Of a stretch of DNA of 59,399 nt, positions 1 through 11,600 are shown piece by piece. Under the pieces are notes generated by a model. That model saw only the letters and a list, made by a program, of their open reading frames with translations, had not been told where the DNA came from and searched no databases. Made by a program: the position numbers and the translations under genes. This stretch comes from Octopus bimaculoides (lineage: Eukaryota), in NCBI RefSeq assembly GCF_001194135.2, contig NC_068981.1:39827920-39887318 (forward strand). Direction: 5' to 3'. The stretch's first letter is position 1. The number at the start of each line of letters is the position of its first letter.

Positions 1-70
<70 letters not shown>

Positions 71-140
71 CATACATACATACATACATACATGCATACA
101 TACACATATGTACATACATACATACATATACGCATATATG
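1..140. repeat. (TAGA)n then (TACA)n microsatellite
   Basis: Direct tandem tetranucleotide repeats. Confidence 0.97.
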
Positions 141-277
141 GCTACAGAACGTCACAAATCGTAAACATCATGAAATACGAAAACAAATGAGTACGCAAAC
201 AACGAGAGAAACAAATGGGAAACAGGACAAGTAACATAAAGAACGACCTTTCATCAGTTGTCGGCTGTCCATCTACT

Positions 278-304
278 CCACACACACAGACACACACACA
301 CACA

Positions 305-399
<95 letters not shown>

Positions 400-410
400 G
401 TATGTGTATG
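278..410. repeat. (CA)n/(TA)n microsatellite
   Basis: Direct; source of the THTH/CVCV pseudo-ORFs. Confidence 0.97.
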
Positions 411-439
411 TCTTTGTGTCTGTGTTTGTCGGCACCACC

Positions 440-625
440 GCTTGACAACCGGTGTTTATCTCGCCATCACCTAGCGGTTCGACGGAAGGGGAGGATAGAA
501 TAAGCATCAGGGTTTAAAAATTAAATAAGTACTGGGCTCTATTCATTCGGCTAAAAATTCTCCAATGCAACACTCCAGCCTGGCCGCAGTATAATGTCTG
601 ATACAAGTAAGAGATAAAGATAAAA
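440..625 (+). mobile_element. SINE-like interspersed repeat, degenerate 3' part
   Basis: Ends ...CCAGCCTGGCCGCAGTATAATGTCTGATACAAGTAAGAGATAAAG. A reverse-orientation relative is at 16095-16160 (TTACTTGTTTCAGTCATTTGACTGTGGCCATGCTGGAG). Confidence 0.65.
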
Positions 626-908
626 TATAGAAGTAAAAATTATTTTATAATATCCTAAAAGTTTGAGACAGCGCACCATCTATAAAGGAGAGAATAGAAC
701 ACTCGAAACATCGGACAAACCAATTCTCCGACTCCAGCGCATATTCGAAATTGCAAGGTCGAGAGCCTTAGGTCAAATTTTCAGAACATTTTTTTAAACA
801 GTATCAATAGGGAATCAATTTGCCAGCAACTGTGACTGTGGTACAAACCACTAGATTGTTCTAACACCAATATATGTTTTGTGTCTAGTCAAACAGAAAT
901 TATCGCTT

Positions 909-960
<52 letters not shown>

Positions 961-970
961 NNNNNNNNNN

Positions 971-1009
<39 letters not shown>

Positions 1010-1248
1010 TGCATGCGTGCGTGCATTGGTGTGTGTGTGTCTGTCTGTCTGTGTGTGTATGTGTATGTGTGTGTGTGTTTATCGGTAAAAAGATAGAAAA
1101 CGATATAATTACAAATTAACTTATAAAGGTAACAAAACTTCAAAGACGAATCGGTTGCTAGGGAATTTGCTAGACTAACGACAACAAACCAAAGTAAAAT
1201 ATTAAAATAATAGAGAATAACAAAATTTCAAATACTGTTCTCTTGTAG

Positions 1249-1468
1249 GTGTTGTAACCTCTCGCTCATTCCCAATGTTTTAAATTCCGTTTTCGTGTTA
1301 ATCGATAACCTTTCAAGGGAGATAACATACCTAACTCTACAAGAGTTACCTCCCCTACCTAGAAATTTATTTAGATCTGTGATTATGGTTGAAGTAAATG
1401 AAATTAGTCCCAACAAAATTAGATTACAGGCGGAAGGAATTATTGTTTCTCATGTATTTCCTCACAAG
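1249..1468 (+). CDS. Candidate internal exon, unknown protein (CCNLSLIPNVLNSVFVLIDNLSREITYLTLQELPPLPRNLFRSVIMVEVNEISPNKIRLQAEGIIVSHVFPHK)
   Basis: Acceptor ctgttctcttgtag|G, donor CAAG|gtagat, 73 open codons, non-repetitive. No homolog recognised. Confidence 0.35.
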
Positions 1469-1781
1469 GTAGATATACCAGCTTAGTTGAATTAGGGGCA
1501 TCATTTACATTTTTATAATTGTTTTATATTTATTTAGATAGTAATGTAAGCGCTAGCACACTCACAGTATCGTCATTTTATTAACATCACGTTTAAATAT
1601 AACTAACTTTAGCATATAGTAATCATATAGAACATTTAAATAGTGTGTACAATAATTAGAACCCAGTGTAAAAAAAACAATCTAAACCTACATAATAAAC
1701 ACATTTTTTTCCGTTATTTTTGTTTTTATTTCTTTTCATTTGTAAGTGAACGATAATTTCATGTACTCAACACTGATCTTT

Positions 1782-1813
<32 letters not shown>

Positions 1814-1822
1814 TGTATGTAT

Positions 1823-3170
1823 TTAAATGATAAACTTCTGGAAAAATTTTACACATTTCCACACTTCCAGTGGCGTATTCGATCCGTAGCCTTTGAATCA
1901 GCTTTCTCCTTTCTCGTTTTGAGTAGCCTAATTTTTCAAGATTAGTATTTAAGTAGTATATTACGTATCCCATTGCTCCAAACTATTACAGGTATAAACC
2001 TGAACTTGTAATCTGGATAGAGTAACTGCAGATTTCTCAATATTTCAGCGTAGGTATTCCCCTTTTCCCTGATCTTCAACTTTATGTTAACATCCGCTGG
2101 GCAGCTGATTTCCGCAACTTTACAGTTTCTCGTCTCTATCCCAAATCATTATGTCAAGTCTATTGTGTTTACACTTTACTGAGGTTTTCACTGGGACATT
2201 CCACCAGTATTCCTTTTTATTAAGAGTAGCTATGGCTTCCACAATACTTTGGGTCCTTATTTCTTTAAACTCGAGGTTATCCTTCCGATGGATCTCATTA
2301 TACAGTGTCCTAGGTATAGCATCATGTCTCATCAGTAGATAATACCGTGTTGACATTTTCGGACAACTGTTTATGATGTGGGTGATATCTTCGGTGTCAA
2401 CTCCACAAAGTCTGCATTGGTTGTCAGTTCTTACTGCTTTTTCTGCATCTCTGTCCCTTTTGTGCTTCAGGTATTTGATAGATATTTCCTGTATTTGGCT
2501 TGCAAATGCATACCCTTCAAAGTAGGAGGTAGTAATCCGGTTGTTGGTCCATGATAGACCGCTTTGATAATCAATGTTACTATCATCTAAGAGCTTTCTA
2601 CTAACATATCCATGCATGGTCTTCTGCTGATATACTCTCATCCTTTCATCTGATGACACATTGTGGTAGAGTCGTGCGATTTCTATGGGCATGTATTTAA
2701 GATTATCTGACAATAAATGCTGCTCAATGAGCTGCTTTCAAAGTCTCATGAAGTTATCAAGTTATCAGCCTCATGTGTATAAACATGGTCAAGGGATGCA
2801 CTTCGACACTTGGTGGTTAATAGATTTGCCGAAGGCATATACTATGACATTCAAATTGATCGATGTAAAACCTTTGCTGCCTTGCTTTCGTTTTAAGTAG
2901 AGGCGGTCTACGTCACTGTTGATGTGGAAATTATGTGTATTGGTTAGTATCTTCCGGGTTTTCACATCAATTACTCGGATCTCATCAAACGTCCAATCAA
3001 GCAGCACAAATGTTAATATGAGTACTGGCACTGGAAACATATCGTGAGCCACTGTTTTATTGAATGCATAGAGTTCCGAGGTTCAAATTTTCTTTATTCG
3101 ACTGTAATATTCTTTAGCAATACGTGTTTTGTTACAGGTGCCATTGTAAGATATTTTTTCATCCCCTTAG
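1823..3170 (-). mobile_element. R4/Dong-clade non-LTR retrotransposon, 3' part (post-RT, CCHC knuckle, restriction-like endonuclease), frameshifted
   Basis: INSDVDRLYLKRKQGSKGF; CRLCGVDTEDITHIINSC...RHD; KHNRLDIMIWDR (PD-D-like); C-terminal IQRLRIEYATGSVEMCKIF. Bounded by TATG/CATA microsatellites. Confidence 0.85.
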
Positions 3171-3189
3171 ATGCCTGTAACATTCCTCA

Positions 3190-3249
3190 TGCATGCATAC
3201 AGACATGCATACATACATACATACATACATACATACATACATACATACA

Positions 3250-3283
<34 letters not shown>

Positions 3284-3357
3284 CATACATGCATACATAC
3301 ATACGTACGTATGCATCAAGGTATGTATGTATGTATGTATGTATGTATGTATATGTG
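3190..3357. repeat. (CATA)n/(TATG)n microsatellite
   Basis: Direct. Confidence 0.95.
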
Positions 3358-3844
3358 TGTTTAGAGGGATATATTATCCAGACGGATACTGTGGTAGCTC
3401 TTAGTTATGTTCCAGGTTATGACTAAACGCATCGATTAGTATTTAACGTCTGACTAATAGGAGTGTCACTCATGCTATAAATTACTCCGATACGAAAGTC
3501 CGCGTTCGTTTCACTGGTTGGTGGTATTATCTGAATGAATGTGAAGAATGATACATCCTCAAAATTTATTCCCTCTTATTTTACAATATCATACAGCATA
3601 CTTTTATGATTACAACGACCTACACCTGATTCTGCTGCACAGAGTATGAACAGCTGAAAGACCTTGAACGAAGCTGCACAAAAAAATTTTCCCTGTTGTA
3701 TATGTAACTACTTATACTCTGAGCTGCGGAAACAGGTGTGGATCGTCGTGAGCATAAAATTACGCTGTATCATATTGTAAGATAGAAGTAAATAAAATTG
3801 AGGATGTACCAGCCTCCATATTTTTTATCGTTATATACTGCAAA

Positions 3845-3858
3845 TACACACACACACG

Positions 3859-3889
<31 letters not shown>

Positions 3890-3960
3890 GCAAATGTGTA
3901 TACACACATATGCATGCACATGTGTGTGTCTGTGAATGTGTATGAATATATGTGTACATG

Positions 3961-3991
<31 letters not shown>

Positions 3992-4004
3992 GTATGTATG
4001 CATG

Positions 4005-4035
<31 letters not shown>

Positions 4036-4080
4036 GTATGTATGTATGTGTACGTGTATATGTATGTATGTATGTATGTT
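3845..4080. repeat. Mixed CA/TA/TATG microsatellite
   Basis: Direct. Confidence 0.95.
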
Positions 4081-4464
4081 ATCAATCAGTTTCATTTCTG
4101 TATTTCTTGTCCATAGAGAAAGAGCCGGACTCTAACATAGATTCAAGGCTCCTTCATTGGAACTTTTATCAACATCATCTAGATATGTGTGCATATGTGT
4201 GTGTGTGTGCAGTATTTGGTGTTAGTGTATGCACAGATTTGTATGTTTGTTTTATGGATGCGTTTTTATGTATATATTTTCATGTCTAGATGCATGCATA
4301 TGTATTTATGTGCTAAATTTTTGGAAAGTCTTACATATCTTTACAGTTCCATTGATGGCTTGAATCTGTAGTCTTCTAATCAGCCTTTTTCTTTCAGGTT
4401 TTGAGAACCCTAATNNNNNNNNNNNNNNNNNNNNNNNNNNNNNNNNNNNNNNNNNNNNNNNNNN

Positions 4465-4830
4465 CCAACAATCACGGGTATGAACCTGAACTTGTAGTCT
4501 GGGTGGAGTATCTGCAAATTTCTCAGTAGCTCGGCGTGGTTGTTCTCTTTTTCTCTAATCTTTAGCGTGATGTTGACATCCGCAGGACAGCTGATTTCTA
4601 CTACTGTACACAGTTTCTCTTCTCTGTCCCAGATTACTAATCCGGTCTATTATGTCTGCACTTTATTGAGGTTTTTATTGGGACATTCCACCAATACTCT
4701 TTCATATTGTGAGTGGTAATGGCCTCTACTTCATTATGGGTTTTCATCTCCTTAGCCCCGGGGTTATCCTGTCGGCGGATTTCATTGTAGTGTCTTGGCC
4801 GCAATATCATGTCTCATAGGTAGGTAATAC
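4465..4830 (-). mobile_element. Second R4/Dong fragment (endonuclease region)
   Basis: Colinear with 1975-2350 (GGGACATTCCACCA, AATATCATGTCTCAT); translates SSRYYLPMRHD. Confidence 0.85.
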
Positions 4831-4904
4831 CGTGATGATGTTTGTATGTATGTATATTTGTATGTATACGAATACATATACTTATACATACATACACACA
4901 TATA

Positions 4905-5610
4905 TAAGCTTAGCAGTAAAAAGTGAAAAGAACATCTTACGTGTCTGCAGGAAATACTGTCTTCCTGATGACCTTCCATACGACCCCAAGACACCCAGGC
5001 TAATATACCTCAAAGAATACCTGGATGTGAAACGCACATCATACCAAAAAAAAAAAAAAAACATTTTGCATGGGTGTGTTTCTCGAAGACTTCAGGAAAA
5101 CTGTAATAATGTTTTCAAATTTTGGCACAAGGCCAGCAATTTCGGAGGCAGGGGTAAATTGATTACAGTGACACCAGTGCTCAGCTATTACTTATTTTAT
5201 CAACCTGGAAAGGATGCAAGGTAAAGTTGACCTCGGTAGAATTTGAATTCAAAACGTACAGTCTGACGAAATGCCGCTAAGCATTTTGCACAAGGTGCTA
5301 ATGATTCAGCCAGCTCGCCACATTGGAGAAAACTGTAATACTGATATGATGTTCAACTTGTTTTGGACTCGTGAGTGCTACATCATATCCCACTTCGAAG
5401 GCCTTGTAATTCAGAACAAGCGATTACTCGAAATGCCTAGAAAACAACACAGACAATAAAGCCCTTGAAACTCCAAGATGCAACCTGAAATGTAGATTAT
5501 GTTATATTTCTGTGGAAGACATCACACATGCGATTAGCAGCTGCCCAAAAATGTCGTCAAAGTACGACCTCTTAATGTAACACGCTGTTGTCACTAAAAC
5601 AGTACATAGG
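4905..5610 (+). mobile_element. R4/Dong fragment in opposite orientation, interrupted by a SINE-like repeat
   Basis: LHGCVSRRLQE, SHFEGLVIQ and KCRLCYISVEDITHAISSCPKMSS match the 2120-2713 ORF motifs. Confidence 0.8.
5109..5327 (+). mobile_element. ~210 bp SINE-like repeat (GGCACAAGGCC...GACCTCGG...AATTTGAA...GCTAAGCATTT family) with 13 bp TSD
   Basis: Direct repeat GAAAACTGTAATA at 5096-5108 and 5328-5340. Other copies near 5655(+), 5860(-), 13640(-), 15990(+), 18905(+), 21222(-), 21420(-), 33975(-), 42620(+), 44035(+), 44165(+), 57285(+), 57595(+). Confidence 0.9.
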
Positions 5611-6662
5611 AAAAAAAGGTTGTAGTGGAATAAATATAAAGAACTGTGCTCAACTCGTATTTATTTTATCGATCCTGAAATCATGAAAGGCAAAGTCGGC
5701 GGAATTTGAACTCAAAAGGTAAAGACGGACGAAATGCCGCTAAGCATTTTGCCTGGCATGGTAACGATTCTGCCAGATTGTCGACTTAATGTGATGGTAA
5801 CATAACTTATATTACAAAACACTGGATTTATAAAATAGTTTTCGGTAAAAATAATTTGCGGTAAGTATTTATTTGCAGTTATTTATATTCTGAGTTCAAA
5901 TTCTGCTCAAATCTATTTTGCTTTTCATATTTCCGAGGTCAATGAAATAAAATATCAGTCAAGTAATAAGGTCTATATAATCAAATATATCCACCAGTTA
6001 AATTTGTGACTTTGCGACTTTGTAAGAAATCAATATTACCTTAGACATAGCCCTATTCAGGAGCAGATTTGTATCTCATCTGGTTAACGCTATGACCACT
6101 CATTAAAACTTTGATCGTTATTATAAGTAGGAAATTTGGAGACATAATTCTGACCATCAACGCAATTAAATACACTCTAACCTTACACAAAATTGTAATT
6201 AATCAATAGGATTTCCTATATATCTTTCAAAAAACTATTTAATGAATTAAAAAAGATCAAAGAAGACGGAAAGTTATGATTAATGTGTTATTAGACATTA
6301 TATAGCTTATTTATATATGTTATTTATTGCTTGTTTATCTATTAATTATTTTATTTTATTATTTAATTATTATTTTATAACTTATTATGTGACCAACAGC
6401 GTTGTTGGTTTAAACTTTCCAGCTAGTAATCAATCAATCATCGGTTCACTTCATCCTGAAGGAGACAAGAGACTAATTTTGCAGCTCAGATCGGACGAAA
6501 CATGTACCGCCAAAAGGACTTTTGCTCGGAAACACCAGTCTAAAATCTTACAAAGTTTTATACCCGCCACCAATAAATCGACAGAAGATATAAAAACGCA
6601 TATACATATACATACATATATTAACTTTATCACACCTATATATATATATATAGACACGCACG

Positions 6663-6703
<41 letters not shown>

Positions 6704-6769
6704 ATACACACATATACACACACAAGCATGATTTCGAGGACTTATTTTGTAATTTAATAAAACAGCTCT

Positions 6770-7370
6770 AATCTAGCAAAAACCAAATGTATTTTAATTT
6801 TTTTTAAATGTACGCGAAAAACTTTCTTATTAGATTTTATAAATCCATATTCAGCACCAATGAATTTAATTCGGGACTGCGTATGTGTAGGCGGGAAAAT
6901 GTGGGGATGGGAATTGGTCAGTGCTGGTGTGTGCGTGGTGGTGTGATGTGATGTGTTGTGCGGTATGGTGTGAGGATGTTGGGAGGTGGGGGAGGAGAGA
7001 GTGGGGAAAGCGCGGGTGAGGTGCGAGTTAGACTGCGCTCTTTCACCTAAACATAGCTTACAGCGGTTTTAAACATATGTCTAAGTACATTTGGAAAATT
7101 CCGCCTATACCTGATTAACTTGTTGATATCTTTCCAGCCTTATAATTTAAGGTCTAAGGGAGATAACTCTTTTACTTTTTTTCACCTTTTACTCTTTCGT
7201 TTACATTTTCTGTTTTTTAACCTTGCATGTTTTCCATATGCTTCCTTCTCAACTTTTCGCGTTTCTTCCCTCATTTAATTTTTAGTTCATTCTGACATGT
7301 GATTTGTGCCTGATGAGTATGTTTGAGGTATTTCTTCTCATATGAAACTATTAGTAGCACATAAAAACAT
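6770..7370 (+). mobile_element. Probable Penelope-like element 3' end / pseudo-LTR remnant
   Basis: LISFQPYNLRS (~7110-7150) resembles the Penelope GIY-YIG C-terminal FI..F.P.LN; followed by a pyrimidine tract and an HHR. Confidence 0.4.
7305..7361 (+). ncRNA. Minimal type I hammerhead ribozyme motif
   Basis: Stem I TGTGC/GCACA; core CTGATGA 7310-7316; stem II GTATG/CATAT; GAAA 7344-7347; helix III ACTA-T-TAGT; GUA triplet 7354-7356. Confidence 0.75.
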
Positions 7371-8353
7371 GTATTGTGTCTATTAAATAACATATATATA
7401 TANNNNNNNNNNCACACACACATTCACGCACACACACACATTTATGTATATATTCATATATCATTTTACTATATATGTCGTCGGCAAGGCTCATATGATA
7501 AAATCAGTAAAAAAATGTCCAGTAAGCTTGCCGTGGGGAGTGGAAAATCGAACGTTTCGAAGAGAGATATTCTTCAAGAAAAAGTTGAAAGGAGAGAAAT
7601 TAACGAGAGGCAGCAGAATATGTATATACGATCGTACCTATGCATGTCCGTTTGCGTGTGTGTACATACAGAAATATGTATGGATATTCCTTTTAATCAA
7701 AAACATATACCAAACACCACACACTGTTTACAAACACAATATCACTGCCAAACACAATATCTTCTAGATAGCGTGTTTACTCTAATTTTAATTACAACTA
7801 AACATATTGCGCCAAAGAAAGTGTCTGTTTGTGGTCTCTCGATGTGCTACAAATAACAATCAAATTTTCTTCCTGTACTAGAAGGTAAATGACTGTGAAA
7901 ACAGGGTCAAAGATGTACACTGTATTAAAACAAAAAAAAAGGTGGGATGGACGTGGCACTAATGCTTTCTATCATAGATCTACTCGATCAGGACTGACGT
8001 AGGGCTAAACAATAGCATCAATAAAGCACGAAATTTGTTCAAATCTACAGAAACATTTTCCCCTTCTAATATGTAAGAAGATTAACTAAGTTAAATTTTA
8101 TGTTGAGAACGTGATAAGACTTCGATTCTAATTTCTTTTCATTTATGCAACTATGCTCTTCTACGTCTTAAGCAGTTCAACATAGTAATTTCCCTTTCCT
8201 GAGGCCTTATGTTTAATTAAATTGAATCAATATTTGCTGTGAATAATTGAGAATTCTAATTTTTATGAATTTTCGCTTTAAGTATATAAATGAAAACAAA
8301 CCGAATTAATTAATTTTCATATGATAAATGTATTCAAGATAATTGGAAAAAAA

Positions 8354-8421
8354 AAAGATACTCGTGTAACAAAAATTGACTATATATATATATAGTCAAT
8401 TTTTGTTACACAAGTATCTTT
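8354..8421. repeat. Near-perfect palindrome centred on (TA)n
   Basis: AAAGATACTCGTGTAACAAAAATTGACTATA.../...TATAGTCAATTTTTGTTACACAAGTATCTTT, one mismatch. Confidence 0.9.
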
Positions 8422-9999
8422 ATATATCTATATATATATATAACTAGATAGATAAGCAGACGTTTGAAGGATATNNNNNNNNNNNNNNNNNNNNNNNNNN
8501 NNNNNNNNNNNNNNNNNNNNNNNNNNNNNNNNNNNNNNNNNNNNNNNNNAATTTAGCTGGAAAGCTAAACACAGAAGAAAACAGAAAACATAGTTAATGT
8601 GTAATAAGAATAACAATAATTGGCTTCATCAAAATTTTTTAATGTTATAACTCATGATCCATACAGTTTATTTTAGAACGTTATATCATATACAACCAAC
8701 CATTAATCCATTAATTATTAAAGTTTAATTTCTGCTCCGGCTGTCTTTTGAGGGATTAGTGGGTTTATCAGAGGTTAAATCCTATATAAAGGCTGTTAGG
8801 AAAATAATTCCAAACTCTGGCCGCTTTGATACTAAATATTGAGGTGGCGCCTGTTGCTTTTTTTTTTTTTTTCTCCAGCTTCGTATTCCAGCTTCAGTTT
8901 CATTAATATGCATAGTTCTTTATGCCGCTGATTTACAGTAAATATCTTCTTCAGAAAGCAGTATATACTAGAAAGTATTTCCGTTATTTAAAATCTAAGA
9001 GACTGAACCATCGAGATTCGAGTGCATTGGTCATTGGTTCAGAGCTGTACCAAAGATAGGCTACGAATCGTTGAACAACTCAGTTGGTATTTAGACTCCG
9101 TACCGACTCAACTAGTTGCAACACTATGTTTATAAAATAGCCTGACAGAGTTGAAAGAAACTTTGTCAAGTGTGACAACCTCAAAAAATGAAAAAAATTA
9201 GCTAAAGCAATTAAAAGGTTAACAGAAAAACAGTCAGAGAGAGTGGAGTTGGTGGTGAAAATATATAGATATATTTATCAAAACAGTTTGCAATTATTTA
9301 GAAGTATTGAAGACAAACACCCTGAAATGAAAATTGTAAATAGATTTCCAAGTGAGTGATAAGTCAAGCCAATATAAACACACGTCTAGGATTGATGTTT
9401 TCGGGGTTATATAAAGTAAATTACCTCAAACAACCTCCCAGTCATGATCTCTGCGGATGAAATATAATCAGATAGAATAGTTCTATCGTCTGTTATTTAT
9501 ACTGAGTGACAAATGTCAAATACATTATAGCTTTAATAATAATTTCATGTCTTGATCAGGTTAGCTACATAGGTCTAGCTATGTGCGATATAATTATTGC
9601 CAACTAACAAAGCCACCCGATGATTTGATGTTGAATAGTTAATTAAACCCCATTAATGAGTTGCGTGGCGACCGAATTGATCAAAGAAACAACACGAATT
9701 GGCAAGAACAAACATTTCTAAAGTTATTTACTTGGAAATTGTTATTTTAGATTCACACACTTATTTTATCCAAAAAGCAAGGAGTTTCTTAAAAATGTCA
9801 AAAATAATAACAGAAATTAATTGAACTTATTTTTGTTGTTCTGTTATAAGCAAGTTATTGTTACTTTTGTTATTGGGGGTGTTAATATGATATTCAAATG
9901 CGAAGTACGGTTCTCATGACCTTTGTATTCCTCCCTCTGATTAGAGGGATCAATGCGGTTGATGTTCAATTTTTTTTTCTATCTGGATGTCGATGTATG

Positions 10000-11600
10000 T
10001 AAGAACAAATAGGAAATTATAAAAAGTTGCAGCTGTGAGGAGGAGGAATTGGGTGAAGTATTTAGTGCAGAATCTGGGAGTGCGACACTGTCAGAGTCAC
10101 GTAATGATAAGAATTAGTTGGATATCTCTGATTGGGAGAGTAATGCAATTAGATAGTTTAGAGGAGTAGGACCGGGCTATACGAGAGGTGGAACAGTTAG
10201 TGAGATGAAACACAGCATCTGTAAAATCTGACTATTGTTTCTGAATGAATCAGATTTATTTAGTTAAAATGGCTTTCATTCGAATGGTGGATAGGATCTT
10301 AGTGTGTATATAAGTGATAATCCAATGTAGTTTTTACTTAACATTTGTAGAATTCAGTTAACTGATAATGTCTAAATATTTCTTGACTCAAAAGAGGAAT
10401 CATTGTCAAATTAGGTGTGTGTACTGAAGGAAATCTGTCGAGTTTGAATCAGATGATAGGTGTTCACAACATTTGATAGAGTCTAGATGGACACACGCTG
10501 TGTTTATGCAGTTTATAAGAAATTCGTTCCAAGAGGTGAGAGATGGAAAGTCCTAGTTAAGTTGCCTAATTACAAGCAACTTTTCTCCAAGATTGAGGTT
10601 TATTACTGAAGACAAAGAGATTAAGGAATTTGATGAAGGTAGAAATTTGCATTGGCGTATAAACGCTGGCGATCGTGGGTATGTTAATTAGGAGCGATTA
10701 CAATAGCTTTCACATAAGGTTACTGTTTGTAGGTTAAAGGGAAAATGGACGTATGAAGATTAGTAAATCTGAATGGATTTGGGACGAGTTAGAAAAGTGA
10801 AACGTGATTGCTGATGACATATCTTGATTAAGAAATGATGGGGATGAGGGTTTGTCAATGCTGGTAGAACACATTGCAACCATTTTTAGGTGGGCTGACC
10901 GTGAGATGCACGAAAGCTTTTTTTTTTTTTTTTTTGCATTTGTAATGATACGAGGCTTTGATAGATAAAAGTGCCCAAGATGATGCTGACAAAGTGGTAG
11001 TGGGATATAGTGGATATAGTGGTATATAGTGGTAGTGGGATATAGTTTTGATTGTGTGAGTGATCTAATCAAACTAGGATGAGAGATTTTGTGAACCTCT
11101 TAGATTCTCAGATATATAAAACACATTTTCAGCCAAGGCTATTCAGCATAAAGTTAATGGAGACTCAATCTTTGAGGTAAATTGATGTAGAACAGAGATA
11201 GAAGTTAGGGTCGTACGCAGTAGGATAATATCAAGTGCCTTGCCTCAAAGATGAGATGGTTTGACACTACAGAGACGTCGATGATTGAGTTTAGAATTAA
11301 ACAGTGTTCAAGGATATTTAGGATGAGTACAGAAACAAGAAGAGCAGTTGTGTACTCTAAAACCACTGAAAAAGAGTATTTCAGAATGAAGTCATGTGAA
11401 ATTAATGCTTTAATGCGAGTCGTAAACTAGCCCCGCAAAAATTTAAGTGTTGGTAATTGAAAGAATTTGTAAGTGAAAGAAATACCAGATGATCTTAGAG
11501 GAATAGTGGATGGAGATTTTGAGGTAAAGTAGCTGGAATGAAATCAAGATAATATACATGAGTGATGAAGTGAGTGGATTCTGCTTACACCTATGGTACC
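10000..11600 (-). mobile_element. Highly decayed LINE (APE endonuclease-like remnant, CR1/L2-like)
   Basis: KPSHL*GKALDIILL near 11230-11270 resembles the APE PTH..G..LDL motif; many stops. Confidence 0.3.

Noticed and set aside
6442-6510. CTGAAGG...GAAACATGTACCG hammerhead-like sequence
   Set aside because: A9 is changed to G and stem I is not adjacent to the core; at most a dead relic.
8780-9600. Possible second mariner remnant
   Set aside because: Only a vague QPPSHDL-like motif; too decayed to support.
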